From a virus (Duplodnaviria > Caudoviricetes), in IMG/VR virus record IMGVR_UViG_2713897050_000002, positions 6,518 to 70,517 of that record: a DNA stretch of 64,000 nucleotides; one strand, written 5' to 3'. A program made the position numbers and the translations under genes. The notes under the pieces are model-generated. The model worked only from the letters and a program-made list of their open reading frames with translations, made no database searches and had not been told where the DNA came from. Shown here in pieces: positions 9,288 to 19,226 of the stretch. The number at the start of each line of letters is the position of its first letter. Position 1 is the stretch's first letter.

Positions 9288-10184
9288 TCACAGAAGACCG
9301 AACGGCCGCGAAAACGGACGCTCACAACGAACCTGAATACCGACACCAGCCGGCGCACGAGACATAGCCACCGGCAAATCAACCGGAGCCGTATACGCAG
9401 GCAACGGATAACAGAACGTCACCCCACCCATACGCATGTAGTAAGCAGAATCAGTAGACGACACACACTGGCCACCAATAGCCTGCTCATCCGTATCAAC
9501 ACGAACATGCTCATTCGTCTGCATCAACGGCATCACAATCTGGCGGGCCGCATCAATCTGCGCCCGCTCAAACCTGTCATCACCAAACGAAAAATCCGGC
9601 AATGTCGGCTTACCTGGTGCCTGAATCATCCACTTCAACCACACCGGGTTATCAGTCGGATTAGACACCGTCACAGTGCCCGTAGTGGTAGACCCCGAAG
9701 ACGTATCAACAGTGGAAACCCACTCATCAACTACCTCGGTGTCATACCACCACGGATCGCCGGCAACAAGCGTCAGCGTGACCGTTTCCATCTGCGTCTG
9801 ATTCGGATCAAAGCGCGGCTTGAACTCAGGCTGCTCCCGCAAACGCACCTTCAAATAGCGGCGCGAATCCTCAGTCTCAATCCACAACTTCGAATCCTTG
9901 GTGTAAGACCAAAGTTTCCGAAACTCCGAATCATTCTCCTGCCACGACGACCCATTAGAGTTGTCAATGAACACACCGAACACCACGACACGTTCAAGAT
10001 TGCGGAGCCCACCGAAATCGGAGCCGATCTGAAACGCATGCGAATTTCTGATAGTCTCAACAGGAGCGTCGTAAATTCCCTCGACATCAGTCAAAAGGAA
10101 TGCGCCCATGTCACCTTCGCCATCCCCGGCAAGGGTACATTCGCCCCCGTTGAAACCTTCAACAGATACTTGAGTTACAGGCAC
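9288..10184 (-). CDS. Minor tail protein (distal tail protein-like)
   Basis: First gene after the tape measure; RYLKVRL, AGDPWW, SNPTD, LPDFSF motifs. Confidence 0.88.
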   Translation of the reverse strand: MPVTQVSVEGFNGGECTLAGDGEGDMGAFLLTDVEGIYDAPVETIRNSHAFQIGSDFGGLRNLERVVVFGVFIDNSNGSSWQENDSEFRKLWSYTKDSKLWIETEDSRRYLKVRLREQPEFKPRFDPNQTQMETVTLTLVAGDPWWYDTEVVDEWVSTVDTSSGSTTTGTVTVSNPTDNPVWLKWMIQAPGKPTLPDFSFGDDRFERAQIDAARQIVMPLMQTNEHVRVDTDEQAIGGQCVSSTDSAYYMRMGGVTFCYPLPAYTAPVDLPVAMSRAPAGVGIQVRCERPFSRPFGLL

Positions 10185-10187
10185 GAA

Positions 10188-13100
10188 TCACCTCCGGGAA
10201 TAAGTTAGGGACTGCCGCGCCTGCCGAACACGATCTTCACGCATAGCCGCAGCAATAGAATCAGTCTGATAAGTGACATTCGGTCGCGAAGCGTTCTCCG
10301 CCAAACGATCAACCTGCTTCGTGAACTCACTCATATCGAGCGAACTCCCACCATTGGGTTTGTTCACCGAGTTGCGAATATCAGCTAGCTCCTTGAACAT
10401 GTCACTGTTCTGCTTGCCCGTGTACACATGCTCGGTATCGCCCGACAAATTGAGGGCAGCCATACCGTTCAAGAGTGGCCCGCCAGAATCACGCAACACC
10501 GTAGGAATCTTCACCTGATCACCCATCCGCCTCAACCACTCATTCGGATCAAACGGTGCATCAGGATTCGCACCCGCGGCCTTACCCAACTCGTCAACAA
10601 ACGGCTGACCAAACAACTGCTTCAACCCCGTAGCAGACTCGCCACCAGGAATATCAGCAGGCTTATAGTTCGCAACCCCAGTAATCAGCGCACCAATCGC
10701 ACCCATATCACTCGAAATCCCGAACACACCCAACGCATCATTCAACTGACCCGTCACGAACGACTTCGCAACATTGCCAATCAAATCGACCGGGTCAGAC
10801 GCGCCACCAGAAGAACCACCCGAAGAACCCGACTTGGAACTACCGCCCTCAGCCTGCGTCTTACGCTCAGCGTCCAACGCATTCTTCGCGCGCTGCAACG
10901 ACAAATCGGCATCCAACTTGTCAGACTCAGTCGCGCCGTCTTTCGCATACGCTTCATTGCGTGCCAGACGGGCCTTCTCCACAGCCAGCTCGGCAGACTT
11001 CAAACTGATCTGATCGTCAGTCATGTTGCCGGTCAACTCAGGAGCATCAGGTGCCGGCGCATCCGACTTGTCACCCTTAACCATGTTCGGGGTGTCCCGC
11101 TTGGCTTCTAGGTCGCGAACCTTCTGCTCAGCCTTCTCGACCTTCTTGTCAGCCTGCTCACGATCAGCCTGCGTCTTCTTGTCGTTGACGTAAGCTGCAT
11201 CGCGGTCCTCTTGCGCCTGCCGGATAGCGATCCGCGCCGAGTCCAACGCGAGCTTGTCCTTCTCAGCCCACTTAGAGTTAGCGGCACCCTCAAAGCCTGT
11301 CTTGCCATCGGCAACCTCGGCACCATCAGAACCATAGGTAGAGCCGCGAGACTCCGCGGCAGACAAGATAGCGTCAGCCTCCGCAGCCTTAGCCGCATAA
11401 TTAGAGCCATCCGCATACCCGGACTGCTGAACACGCTGAGCCGCAGCCGCAGCATCCATGTTCTCGTAATCAAACTTGGCAAGCTCCTCATAGAACATGC
11501 CCGCAGCCCGAGTCGGATTCATCCGATCCTCAGCCGTACCCCAAGCGCCATTATCGCGCTGCTGAAACACGCCCACAGAATCCCGGTCACCGTATTCAAG
11601 GTTCTGCAAATCAGACTCTGCAAGCCCAGTCATCAACGCAGCCTTTATACCGTTAGCGCTAATCCCGCGACGTTTACCCTCATCGATAATGTCCTGAGCA
11701 ATCTGATCCCGCTCAGACAAAGGAGCCTGCGAAGCTACACCAACACTCCCGGGAGCCCTATCCAACGACGGCGGAGCAGACATAGCCCAATGCACATGAT
11801 TCGTATGATCCCCAGCACCGTCATAAAACGACGAATCAACGCGAGCGCCATTCTTGATCTCCTGCCCCGCAAATGCCGGATCATCGTAAATCAGCTCCAA
11901 CGAATCCGGGTAAGCCTGTGAGATCGCTTCTGCCAACGACAACTGCTCTGGGGTATTCCCGCTACCATTAGAGAAATCCGCGGCGTTACCAGTCGAATGG
12001 TAGCCATTATCGGTGTTGCGCAGCCCTGAAGTCATCGACAGACCAGGCACATACTTGTTGACCCAGTCCGTCATGCCATCGACAACGCCGCCACCCTGAA
12101 AACCTGGCAACTTAGGGAACGTCCCAGCATTGATCATCGCCAACTCGCGGTCATACTGTTCGGACGATCCGCGATTGATGATCCACTCGCCAGCATCCAC
12201 ATTCGCGATAGGCTTACCCGCGGATGTAACACCCAAAATGCCGTCAACAACACCAGTACCCGGACCAGTAGTCGGCAGCCGACCACCCGTCGCCTTGTCG
12301 GGGATCAGCACCGGAGCTACCGGGCCTTGCACACCATTACGGTTGAAGTCCTTCTGCGCCTTCGCAGTCAACGCAGTGTCAATCGTCACCGTCATCGTGC
12401 GATCGCGACTAGCATTTTCCGCAGCAGTATCAATCGCGCGAATCGCATCCAACGCCTCTTGATTAGGTGCAGTAATGCGCACAATGCCAGGCTTACCGTT
12501 AATATCGGTTTCGACCTTGCCGCCCAACTCCTCAATGCGGCGGCGCGCATCCTCATCCAACATTTTCACCGGGATATCAATGGGCTCGTCGATACCCTTG
12601 AGAAGTCCGCCGATAACTTCAAGCTGCAACCCAACAGTGTCAGCGCCCGCAAGAGACGCCAACATGATAATGTCCTTCGGCAACAATCCCTCTGCCGCCG
12701 CCATCGCCTCAACCTGCGTCTTCGTCAATCCGTACTGACTACCAAGATTGATGAGTGAGGCCTCATTGGCGGCAATCGCGTTACGCGCCTCAGCTTGCGC
12801 CTCAGGCAGAGTTTTGCCCTGCGCCAAAGCCGCCGTGATAGTCGCATTCGTAACATTGATCGTCTCGTCGCGCAGGCCAGTCAACTGGTCGCGCAGCTTT
12901 GACCCATTCTCGAGTGCCGTATTGACCGAACCATTGTCAGCGTTGACAAGTTCATCGCCCTTACCCTTGGACGGGTCCACACTCGCGGGCTCTGTATCGC
13001 CGATCTCGCGGATCGTATCGTTGTACTTCTGCACCGCATCCGAAAGCGGAATCTCTTTACCCGACAGCACGTCGAGAGCCGTCTTCAACGCGTTAACACG

Positions 13101-15152
13101 CTCATCAGCTGTCGAAGCCTCATCACCCAGAACGCCAACCGCAGTCGACAAATCATAAAATCCTGGTGACGTATTTTTAGCGACAGCCTCGGCCTGCTTA
13201 ACTTCTTCACGCATCTCACGCATGTGGTTGGCTGCTTGAAGCCCGCCCTCACCCGAAGCCTGCAACACCGAAGTGAACGCCCGGAACTCTCCATCCGAGG
13301 CAGTCAACTTAGCCGCCAACTCTTCAGTCGACAGCCCAGTCCGATCGAATGCCGCCTTCACATTCTCGGCTTCGCCAGCGACCTTCTCCTGCGCATTCAA
13401 AGCATCGGTACCAGCCTCAGCGACACCCGAGAACCAGCCGGCAATATCTTGACCAGCAGCCTTGAAAATTGCCATCGAACCGGGCGCAGTAGACGCCAAC
13501 TGATTCTGCTTCTCAATGAACGTGTCGAACTGGACACCAATCGCACCAGTAACACCCTCAGATATCGCACCCTGTGAAGCCTGAAAAGCCTTAGCGACAT
13601 CACGTTGCGCGGTCGCCATCTTCGCCGAAGAACCAGTCAACAAATCCTGCTGCTTCTCAGCCTTATTGAACTCGCCATTCAGTGCATAGATTGCAGCACC
13701 CGCGGCAACAATGCCGATCATCCACGGACCACCGAAAGCAGTCAGCATCGAACCCGCAGCCGAAGCCATACGAGCACCAGCGACCGCAGTCGCAGCACCA
13801 ACCCTCGACATCGAATTACCAGCAAGGTTCGCGGCAATAACCTGCGCCGCCATCGCCTGCGTAAACCGCAGAGACGCTGCCGAAACCGAAGCGAAACCTG
13901 CCAAAATCGATGACCCCAACCCCGTCACCTTAAGCGCGATCAAAGCGCCAGTAGCAGCCAAGATCGGCGTGGGCAAAGAAGCTACCGCCTTCGCGACAGA
14001 ACCAATCACGCCTATGACCGGCACAACTGCAGAACCGACAGTCTTAAACCCGTCGACAATCCCCGAGGAAGCATTAGTCAGCTTCTCTGCGCCATCACGC
14101 GCAAAGTTCTCCATCGGGCCATCGATCAAGTCGTACAGTTCAAGCGCCAAAGTCTCCGCAGAGTTTTGGATCGCAGCCATAGCACCCGGCAAGCCCTTAG
14201 ACTTCGCAGCCGCGACCTCAGCCGCAGCACCCTGACGCTCAATAGCCGTATGCATCTTGTCGTAACCAACCTGGCCCTGCTCCGCAGCAACACCAGCCAA
14301 ACGCATAGCATCCGAACCGAACAAGGTCGCCGTAGCAGCCTGATACAACTCAGGCGTCATGCTTGCCGCGGCAGTATCCAACTGTCCAAACAGTGACGAC
14401 ATGCCAACGAACTGGCCCTGCGCGTCATACACAGTCAAACCCAGCTCTTTAATAGCCGCCTGAGCCGGCTTGCCCTGATCCGTCAACGCCAACAGCGCAG
14501 ACTTCAACAGCGTGCCGGCGTCAGAGCCTGCGATACCGGCATTCGAGAGAACACCCAACGTTGCCGCGGTATCCTCAATCGTCAAACCGAACTGATTTGC
14601 AACTGCACCAGACTGCTGCAGGCCAGCAGAAATATCGGTGATCTCAGCAGAGGAAGCATTAGCGGCATTCGCCAACACATCCGCTGCAGTCGCCGCATAA
14701 TCCGCAGACAAACCAAACGCCTGCAACGCCTGAGACTGAATAGTCGCAGCCGACGCCGCATCAATACCGGCAGCAGCAGCCAACTGCAGAGTGCCCTTAG
14801 CGCCATCCATCGCCTGCTGGACAGTGAAACCGCCCTTAGCAAGCTCAGTCATCGCCGCAGCAGCATCCGTAGCCGACGTATTCGACAAACTAATGTCGTT
14901 GCCAAGCTCTTTAGCGCGCGCAGACACAGCAGCCATCTCGGACGCTGTAGCTGACGACACCGACTGCATAGTGTTCAAGGTGTTCGTCAGGTCATTGCCG
15001 AGACTGACAATCTCGCTGAACGCAGTGGCCGCACCGAATGAAACACCAAACGCGGCACCGATCTTAAGCGCGCCATTTAGTCCGCGATTAAGGGTGGAGT
15101 TGAAGTTGTCCAGGTTAGGGACAACGTCGATATCAATTCTTCCGCCCGCGAT
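10188..15152 (-). CDS. Tape measure protein with C-terminal peptidoglycan-hydrolase motifs
   Basis: About 1650 aa Ala-rich; TP901-type core (ELAKGG, GSDAGTLLKS); GYHSTGNAADF..HTNHVH peptidase-like and AESDLQN..DSVGVFQQR transglycosylase-like motifs; start is ATC 15152 or GTG 15161. Confidence 0.95.
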   Translation of the reverse strand: MAGGRIDIDVVPNLDNFNSTLNRGLNGALKIGAAFGVSFGAATAFSEIVSLGNDLTNTLNTMQSVSSATASEMAAVSARAKELGNDISLSNTSATDAAAAMTELAKGGFTVQQAMDGAKGTLQLAAAAGIDAASAATIQSQALQAFGLSADYAATAADVLANAANASSAEITDISAGLQQSGAVANQFGLTIEDTAATLGVLSNAGIAGSDAGTLLKSALLALTDQGKPAQAAIKELGLTVYDAQGQFVGMSSLFGQLDTAAASMTPELYQAATATLFGSDAMRLAGVAAEQGQVGYDKMHTAIERQGAAAEVAAAKSKGLPGAMAAIQNSAETLALELYDLIDGPMENFARDGAEKLTNASSGIVDGFKTVGSAVVPVIGVIGSVAKAVASLPTPILAATGALIALKVTGLGSSILAGFASVSAASLRFTQAMAAQVIAANLAGNSMSRVGAATAVAGARMASAAGSMLTAFGGPWMIGIVAAGAAIYALNGEFNKAEKQQDLLTGSSAKMATAQRDVAKAFQASQGAISEGVTGAIGVQFDTFIEKQNQLASTAPGSMAIFKAAGQDIAGWFSGVAEAGTDALNAQEKVAGEAENVKAAFDRTGLSTEELAAKLTASDGEFRAFTSVLQASGEGGLQAANHMREMREEVKQAEAVAKNTSPGFYDLSTAVGVLGDEASTADERVNALKTALDVLSGKEIPLSDAVQKYNDTIREIGDTEPASVDPSKGKGDELVNADNGSVNTALENGSKLRDQLTGLRDETINVTNATITAALAQGKTLPEAQAEARNAIAANEASLINLGSQYGLTKTQVEAMAAAEGLLPKDIIMLASLAGADTVGLQLEVIGGLLKGIDEPIDIPVKMLDEDARRRIEELGGKVETDINGKPGIVRITAPNQEALDAIRAIDTAAENASRDRTMTVTIDTALTAKAQKDFNRNGVQGPVAPVLIPDKATGGRLPTTGPGTGVVDGILGVTSAGKPIANVDAGEWIINRGSSEQYDRELAMINAGTFPKLPGFQGGGVVDGMTDWVNKYVPGLSMTSGLRNTDNGYHSTGNAADFSNGSGNTPEQLSLAEAISQAYPDSLELIYDDPAFAGQEIKNGARVDSSFYDGAGDHTNHVHWAMSAPPSLDRAPGSVGVASQAPLSERDQIAQDIIDEGKRRGISANGIKAALMTGLAESDLQNLEYGDRDSVGVFQQRDNGAWGTAEDRMNPTRAAGMFYEELAKFDYENMDAAAAAQRVQQSGYADGSNYAAKAAEADAILSAAESRGSTYGSDGAEVADGKTGFEGAANSKWAEKDKLALDSARIAIRQAQEDRDAAYVNDKKTQADREQADKKVEKAEQKVRDLEAKRDTPNMVKGDKSDAPAPDAPELTGNMTDDQISLKSAELAVEKARLARNEAYAKDGATESDKLDADLSLQRAKNALDAERKTQAEGGSSKSGSSGGSSGGASDPVDLIGNVAKSFVTGQLNDALGVFGISSDMGAIGALITGVANYKPADIPGGESATGLKQLFGQPFVDELGKAAGANPDAPFDPNEWLRRMGDQVKIPTVLRDSGGPLLNGMAALNLSGDTEHVYTGKQNSDMFKELADIRNSVNKPNGGSSLDMSEFTKQVDRLAENASRPNVTYQTDSIAAAMREDRVRQARQSLTYSRR

Positions 15153-15293
15153 ATGGACCACCGCCTACTATTTAAGGAACCTGAAAGCCCCCAACATGGA
15201 GGTGACGCGGCTCAACCATCTCTATGAACTTTGAAAAGAACGTGATACCGTCACCGCAACCAAACAAGCGCGTGACAGGTAAAGGTAAATACA

Positions 15294-15596
15294 ATGAGAA
15301 AGTTCATGTTCGCGGCAGCACTCGCAGCAATCGCACTGCTATCCGCGTGCTCGACTGAACCGCCTGCACCGACCGCGCAAGAGCAAGCCTGCGAAACGTT
15401 CAAAGCAGTCACGCCAGGATTCTTTGAGTCAGACTGGGCTGTCGAGACGCTGCAAGACTCGGCCGCGACGAGCACCGACCGCGTCGAAGCAATGAAAACC
15501 ATGCTCGACATCCGCGCCGGCAAAGGCCGCACCGAGCCCTACACATGCGACGAACCCGCCTTCGACCGCTACCTCACAGAACAAGGCATCGAATAG
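15294..15596 (+). CDS. Lipoprotein (moron on the opposite strand)
   Basis: Signal peptide MRKFMFAAALAAIALLSAC with lipobox LSAC. Confidence 0.8.
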   Translation: MRKFMFAAALAAIALLSACSTEPPAPTAQEQACETFKAVTPGFFESDWAVETLQDSAATSTDRVEAMKTMLDIRAGKGRTEPYTCDEPAFDRYLTEQGIE

Positions 15597-16438
15597 CTAG
15601 AACCCCAACAAGGCAGCCAAATCGCGCGGCTTCACCTTCTCCAACTTGCCGCCACCAGCCAACTCAGGCTTACGGGCAGGCTTGAACTCGGCCACCAAAC
15701 GCTCATACTGAGCCTTCCGCGCCGCAGCCACATCATCAGGACGCAACGCCACCGGATACAAGAGAGGCGCAGGCGGAGTCTTATGCCCGTCACGCCTACG
15801 CTTCTCCGCATCCGCCTTACGCTGAGCCTCCGTCTTCGGATCAGCCGTCCACGACGCATACTCCGAATTCAAAAAGAAATCGAAGCGATCCAAAAACATA
15901 GCCATGTTCTCGGCCTCCAACGACCACGCAGCCGGCAACCTTTGCAGAAGCTCACTCACGTCGCGCCAGTCACGGTCACGCAACACTTCACGCAGATTCA
16001 GCCCGTAGTGAGACTGGAATCCTGCGTATGCTGCGCCCCAGCCATCCCTTGAGTGTAGGCAGGCAAAGGCGCTAAGAGTTTCCCCTCAAACAAACCAGAC
16101 AACTCGATGATCTTGTTGAGTGCAGCGGCAGCATGCGTAGCGTTGAGCCCGCCGATCTTGCCCCACACTTCCGCGCCTTTATCGGTAACCATGTTCAACA
16201 TGTCGAGATAGTTCTTAGAACCAGTCAACTTGAAGAACTCGGCTGCCTCTTCGCCTGTGTAGGTGCGGCGAATCTCGAAATCCGCGCCGAAAAGGGTAAC
16301 GGGAAGTGGCGGCTCAGAACCAACAGCCAACACATCAGCAATGTTGTAGCGCTCAACTGTCTCGGGGACGGCCTCCGCCGAAGGAACAACCTTTGCGGGC
16401 TGAACCTTCGGCGTCGACTTACGTGCGGTGCCTGGCAT
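15597..16438 (-). CDS. Tail assembly chaperone, long form via -1 frameshift
   Basis: -1 frame open from GGGGAAA (16079-16085) as GETLSAF...AGFQSHYGLNLREVLRDRDW; TGA immediately upstream in that frame. Confidence 0.85.
15998..16438 (-). CDS. Tail assembly chaperone, short form
   Basis: Between major tail and tape measure; contains the slippery site. Confidence 0.85.
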   Translation of the reverse strand: MPGTARKSTPKVQPAKVVPSAEAVPETVERYNIADVLAVGSEPPLPVTLFGADFEIRRTYTGEEAAEFFKLTGSKNYLDMLNMVTDKGAEVWGKIGGLNATHAAAALNKIIELSGLFEGKLLAPLPAYTQGMAGAQHTQDSSLTTG

Positions 16439-16470
16439 GATGTTGATGAACTCCTAGCTAGGGTTGTGAA

Positions 16471-17034
16471 TCAGGCGGTCAGCGGGGACCAGTTCGTGAT
16501 GGGGATGATGGGCGACAGGGCGCGAACCTCGAAGTCGAAGCCATCCAGGGTTTCGCCACCGAACACGCGCGGGGGCGGAGTCGTCAAAGTGACGCGATCG
16601 CAGTAGAAACCGGCCGCATCATCCTCATCGGTGAGACGGAAGATCAGTGCGAAGTCCTCATCATCGCCGGGCTCCCACTTGTACACCTCGGTAGCGCCGA
16701 CCTGGGTGATAGCGCCACCCTGCAGTGCAGTCAGGACAGTGGCCTTGGAGTAGTCGCTGGCACGGAAGGTGATGTTTTCCTCCAGGACACCCTTGATGAC
16801 CTTGTATGGTGCGCCGCGGCGGTTCCACACGTTCAGGTTGGTGATGTCGCGGGAAGGATTGACCTCAAACCCGGTCTCGATACCACCGTAGGCATCCCAG
16901 GTGACGCCAGGCGCAGAGCCTGTAACGACAGTGGGTGCGAAGGGGTCGGCGGGGAGTGCAGTACCGGCTGGGGCGCGGAAAACGTCGCCATCCAACCAAA
17001 CAAAAGCCTTGCTGGGGTCCGCGTAAGTGCTCAC
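16471..17034 (-). CDS. Major tail protein
   Basis: DGDVFRAPAGTALP...WDAYGGIETGF; strong AGGAGG RBS. Confidence 0.88.
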   Translation of the reverse strand: MSTYADPSKAFVWLDGDVFRAPAGTALPADPFAPTVVTGSAPGVTWDAYGGIETGFEVNPSRDITNLNVWNRRGAPYKVIKGVLEENITFRASDYSKATVLTALQGGAITQVGATEVYKWEPGDDEDFALIFRLTDEDDAAGFYCDRVTLTTPPPRVFGGETLDGFDFEVRALSPIIPITNWSPLTA

Positions 17035-17140
17035 GGGTTAACCTCCTGGATAGGCTCACACACTGTGAGCAAAAATGGGAAACCCCACCCCTAGATGCGC
17101 CAAGCAAGCACCAGGGATGGGGCAGAAAACGAAAACCCCT

Positions 17141-17602
17141 TTAAGGGGTCTGAGCGGGCTTCTCCCGCAACTTCATTTCGACAGTGATAAACGCACGGTA
17201 GATAGGAATGTCGCTACCACGCTTCATCTCAGGGTCCGGCACGACCGGTCCGGTCTTCCAATCGGCAGACCAAACAGACTCGCGGAACTTCACGTTTCTC
17301 GCCCGACCCAACAACTGACCGGCAAGCGCGGCAACGTCCCACGCAATCTCGTCGGGGTCCGTCGTACCACCCATCACCGAAATTGGAGGCACCCACGCAT
17401 TAATGACCAGAAGAGGTCTACGTAGCATCGGATCAACACCGACATTACCAACCGCGCGAATAGTCACACACGGACGCGAAATCACATCAGGCAACTCGCG
17501 AGTAGTAACCGAAGACGCCGGAACCAAACTCGTGAAAGCCTCATTAGCCAGCAAGAATTCACGGATAGCACCAGGTGCATACGGTATCGGAGCATTAGCC
17601 AT
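17141..17602 (-). CDS. Tail terminator
   Basis: Position before the major tail gene; 153 aa. Confidence 0.7.
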   Translation of the reverse strand: MANAPIPYAPGAIREFLLANEAFTSLVPASSVTTRELPDVISRPCVTIRAVGNVGVDPMLRRPLLVINAWVPPISVMGGTTDPDEIAWDVAALAGQLLGRARNVKFRESVWSADWKTGPVVPDPEMKRGSDIPIYRAFITVEMKLREKPAQTP

Positions 17603-17615
17603 CAGTTACCGCCTA

Positions 17616-18056
17616 TCATCGACCACGATTGAAGTAGTCGCGTTGCGCTGGAGTTACCATTCGAACGTTGCCCGCGGCAGTCGTGTACGGAACCAAGTTG
17701 GAACCACCACCCCCGCCTGAACCGCTCGAACCAGCGGAACCGTCAGGCATCCAGCCCGTGTACTTACCGGGCGCGTTCCTCGCCGCATCAGTCAATGCAG
17801 CGTGAGCGGGAGTATCAATCGTCCCGTACTCTTTCCAAATCGCGTTATCGTCAGTGTCGACAATGGAAACGTTCATTCCTTCAACGAGAACTGAGATGCC
17901 GTCGCGGTAGTCACCGGTCAAGATAGGCGCATTAGAGCGGGCTTCAGCGGCCACGTCGTGTGCGATGCTTTCTCGATCACTGAATGATAGGTACCGTGCC
18001 TCACTGCGTGCCTGCCCAGGAAACAACGTGAACCTACTACTAGAACGGCCAGCCAT
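17616..18056 (-). CDS. HK97 gp10-like neck / tail component
   Basis: APILTGDYRDGI and KEYGT..TPAHAAL motifs. Confidence 0.75.
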   Translation of the reverse strand: MAGRSSSRFTLFPGQARSEARYLSFSDRESIAHDVAAEARSNAPILTGDYRDGISVLVEGMNVSIVDTDDNAIWKEYGTIDTPAHAALTDAARNAPGKYTGWMPDGSAGSSGSGGGGGSNLVPYTTAAGNVRMVTPAQRDYFNRGR

Positions 18057-18238
18057 TACGGCTTAACATCCACCTTAGAAACCTCAGGCGTCTTCACAGA
18101 CGGGCCATCAACAGGCTTCACAACCGGAGCAGACTTAGCCTCTTTACGCGACAACTTTTCATGACGCTGATGAGTCTTAGACCCCTCAACCGTCTGAACA
18201 GTATTGCCATCAACCTTGAATTCAACAATTTCAGCCAT
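18056..18238 (-). CDS. Small hypothetical structural-region protein
   Basis: TAATG coupled on both sides. Confidence 0.6.
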   Translation of the reverse strand: MAEIVEFKVDGNTVQTVEGSKTHQRHEKLSRKEAKSAPVVKPVDGPSVKTPEVSKVDVKP

Positions 18239-18621
18239 TAGGCACCTTCTTTCACATCTGATGCCGCCCGCACGATCGCGGCAATATAATTTGGTTTACG
18301 AGAACCCCGCGCCGGCCTTCGCACGCGCGGTACACCGACAACCTGATAGACAATGCCGTCACCGTCACGGAACCGGTCACGCTCCCGCGGATGCGGCGTC
18401 AACCCTGGATCGAGCAGCAGCATGTACGACGACGTGACATGCCCGTCCATGAACTCGGTGTTACCTGAGTCGACAGACGACGATGCAAGCTGGCGTTGCT
18501 GCAACAGTCCAGTCCACGGAACCTCCGTAGGGGCTACTGGAATCCGGTTACCGGACGAAGGATCAACCGTCGCATCACCGTCAACCAACAGCACCCACGG
18601 TTCAGGTAGCCGCGCCGACAT
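18238..18621 (-). CDS. Head-to-tail stopper
   Basis: RDRFRDGDGIVYQVVGVP motif; position. Confidence 0.75.
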   Translation of the reverse strand: MSARLPEPWVLLVDGDATVDPSSGNRIPVAPTEVPWTGLLQQRQLASSSVDSGNTEFMDGHVTSSYMLLLDPGLTPHPRERDRFRDGDGIVYQVVGVPRVRRPARGSRKPNYIAAIVRAASDVKEGA

Positions 18622-19013
18622 CAGCCGGGAACAATCGAAAAAGCGCCACCCGCCGACGAACCCAAAGTCGGTGACAGTGAAGCCAACTCTTCCGCCGTGA
18701 AAAACAGGAGGGAAGGGTTAGCGTCCGAATACACCGTTGTGATCTCTGGGAACTGTTCGGACTTGATGCGCAATCCGATACGAACCGCGTCCCATGCCCG
18801 CACCACAGCGGAGACCGTGACGCCTTTTACCAACGCCGCAGACAGCGAACCATCCAACATCGCAGCATCAATATCCGGCCGGTGAGCACGCAACAGGGCC
18901 GACGCATACGCGATGAACGAATCCACCTGCACACGATCAGAGTCGGCTAGAGTTTCCCCTAGCCGACCTTCCACATCGTCTATCCAGATCAGCGGGTCAA
19001 GCGGCGCTGTCAT
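18621..19013 (-). CDS. Head-to-tail adaptor
   Basis: DDVEGRLG...ASALLR...LFFTAEELASL; start re-called at ATG 19013. Confidence 0.8.
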   Translation of the reverse strand: MTAPLDPLIWIDDVEGRLGETLADSDRVQVDSFIAYASALLRAHRPDIDAAMLDGSLSAALVKGVTVSAVVRAWDAVRIGLRIKSEQFPEITTVYSDANPSLLFFTAEELASLSPTLGSSAGGAFSIVPG

Positions 19014-19209
19014 TACCCTTAGCCGGACGGCCAACACGCGGAGCAGTGACAGTCTCTTCAACCTTGGCGATCAGACCGCCCTCTTCGAGCCGATCCAAGT
19101 CTTCCTGCGACACATCCGTAGGGACCGCGCGGGGAGCCAGCAGTTGCTCGATCTTGCCGTTCAGATGGGTCACCTGAATCAGCGGAGCCTTAACGTAATA
19201 CGAAGCCAT
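18997..19209 (-). CDS. Small hypothetical protein after capsid
   Basis: AAGGAG RBS; LDRLEEGGLI motif. Confidence 0.65.
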   Translation of the reverse strand: MASYYVKAPLIQVTHLNGKIEQLLAPRAVPTDVSQEDLDRLEEGGLIAKVEETVTAPRVGRPAKGNDSAA

Positions 19210-19226
19210 GATTGTGGAACTCCTTA

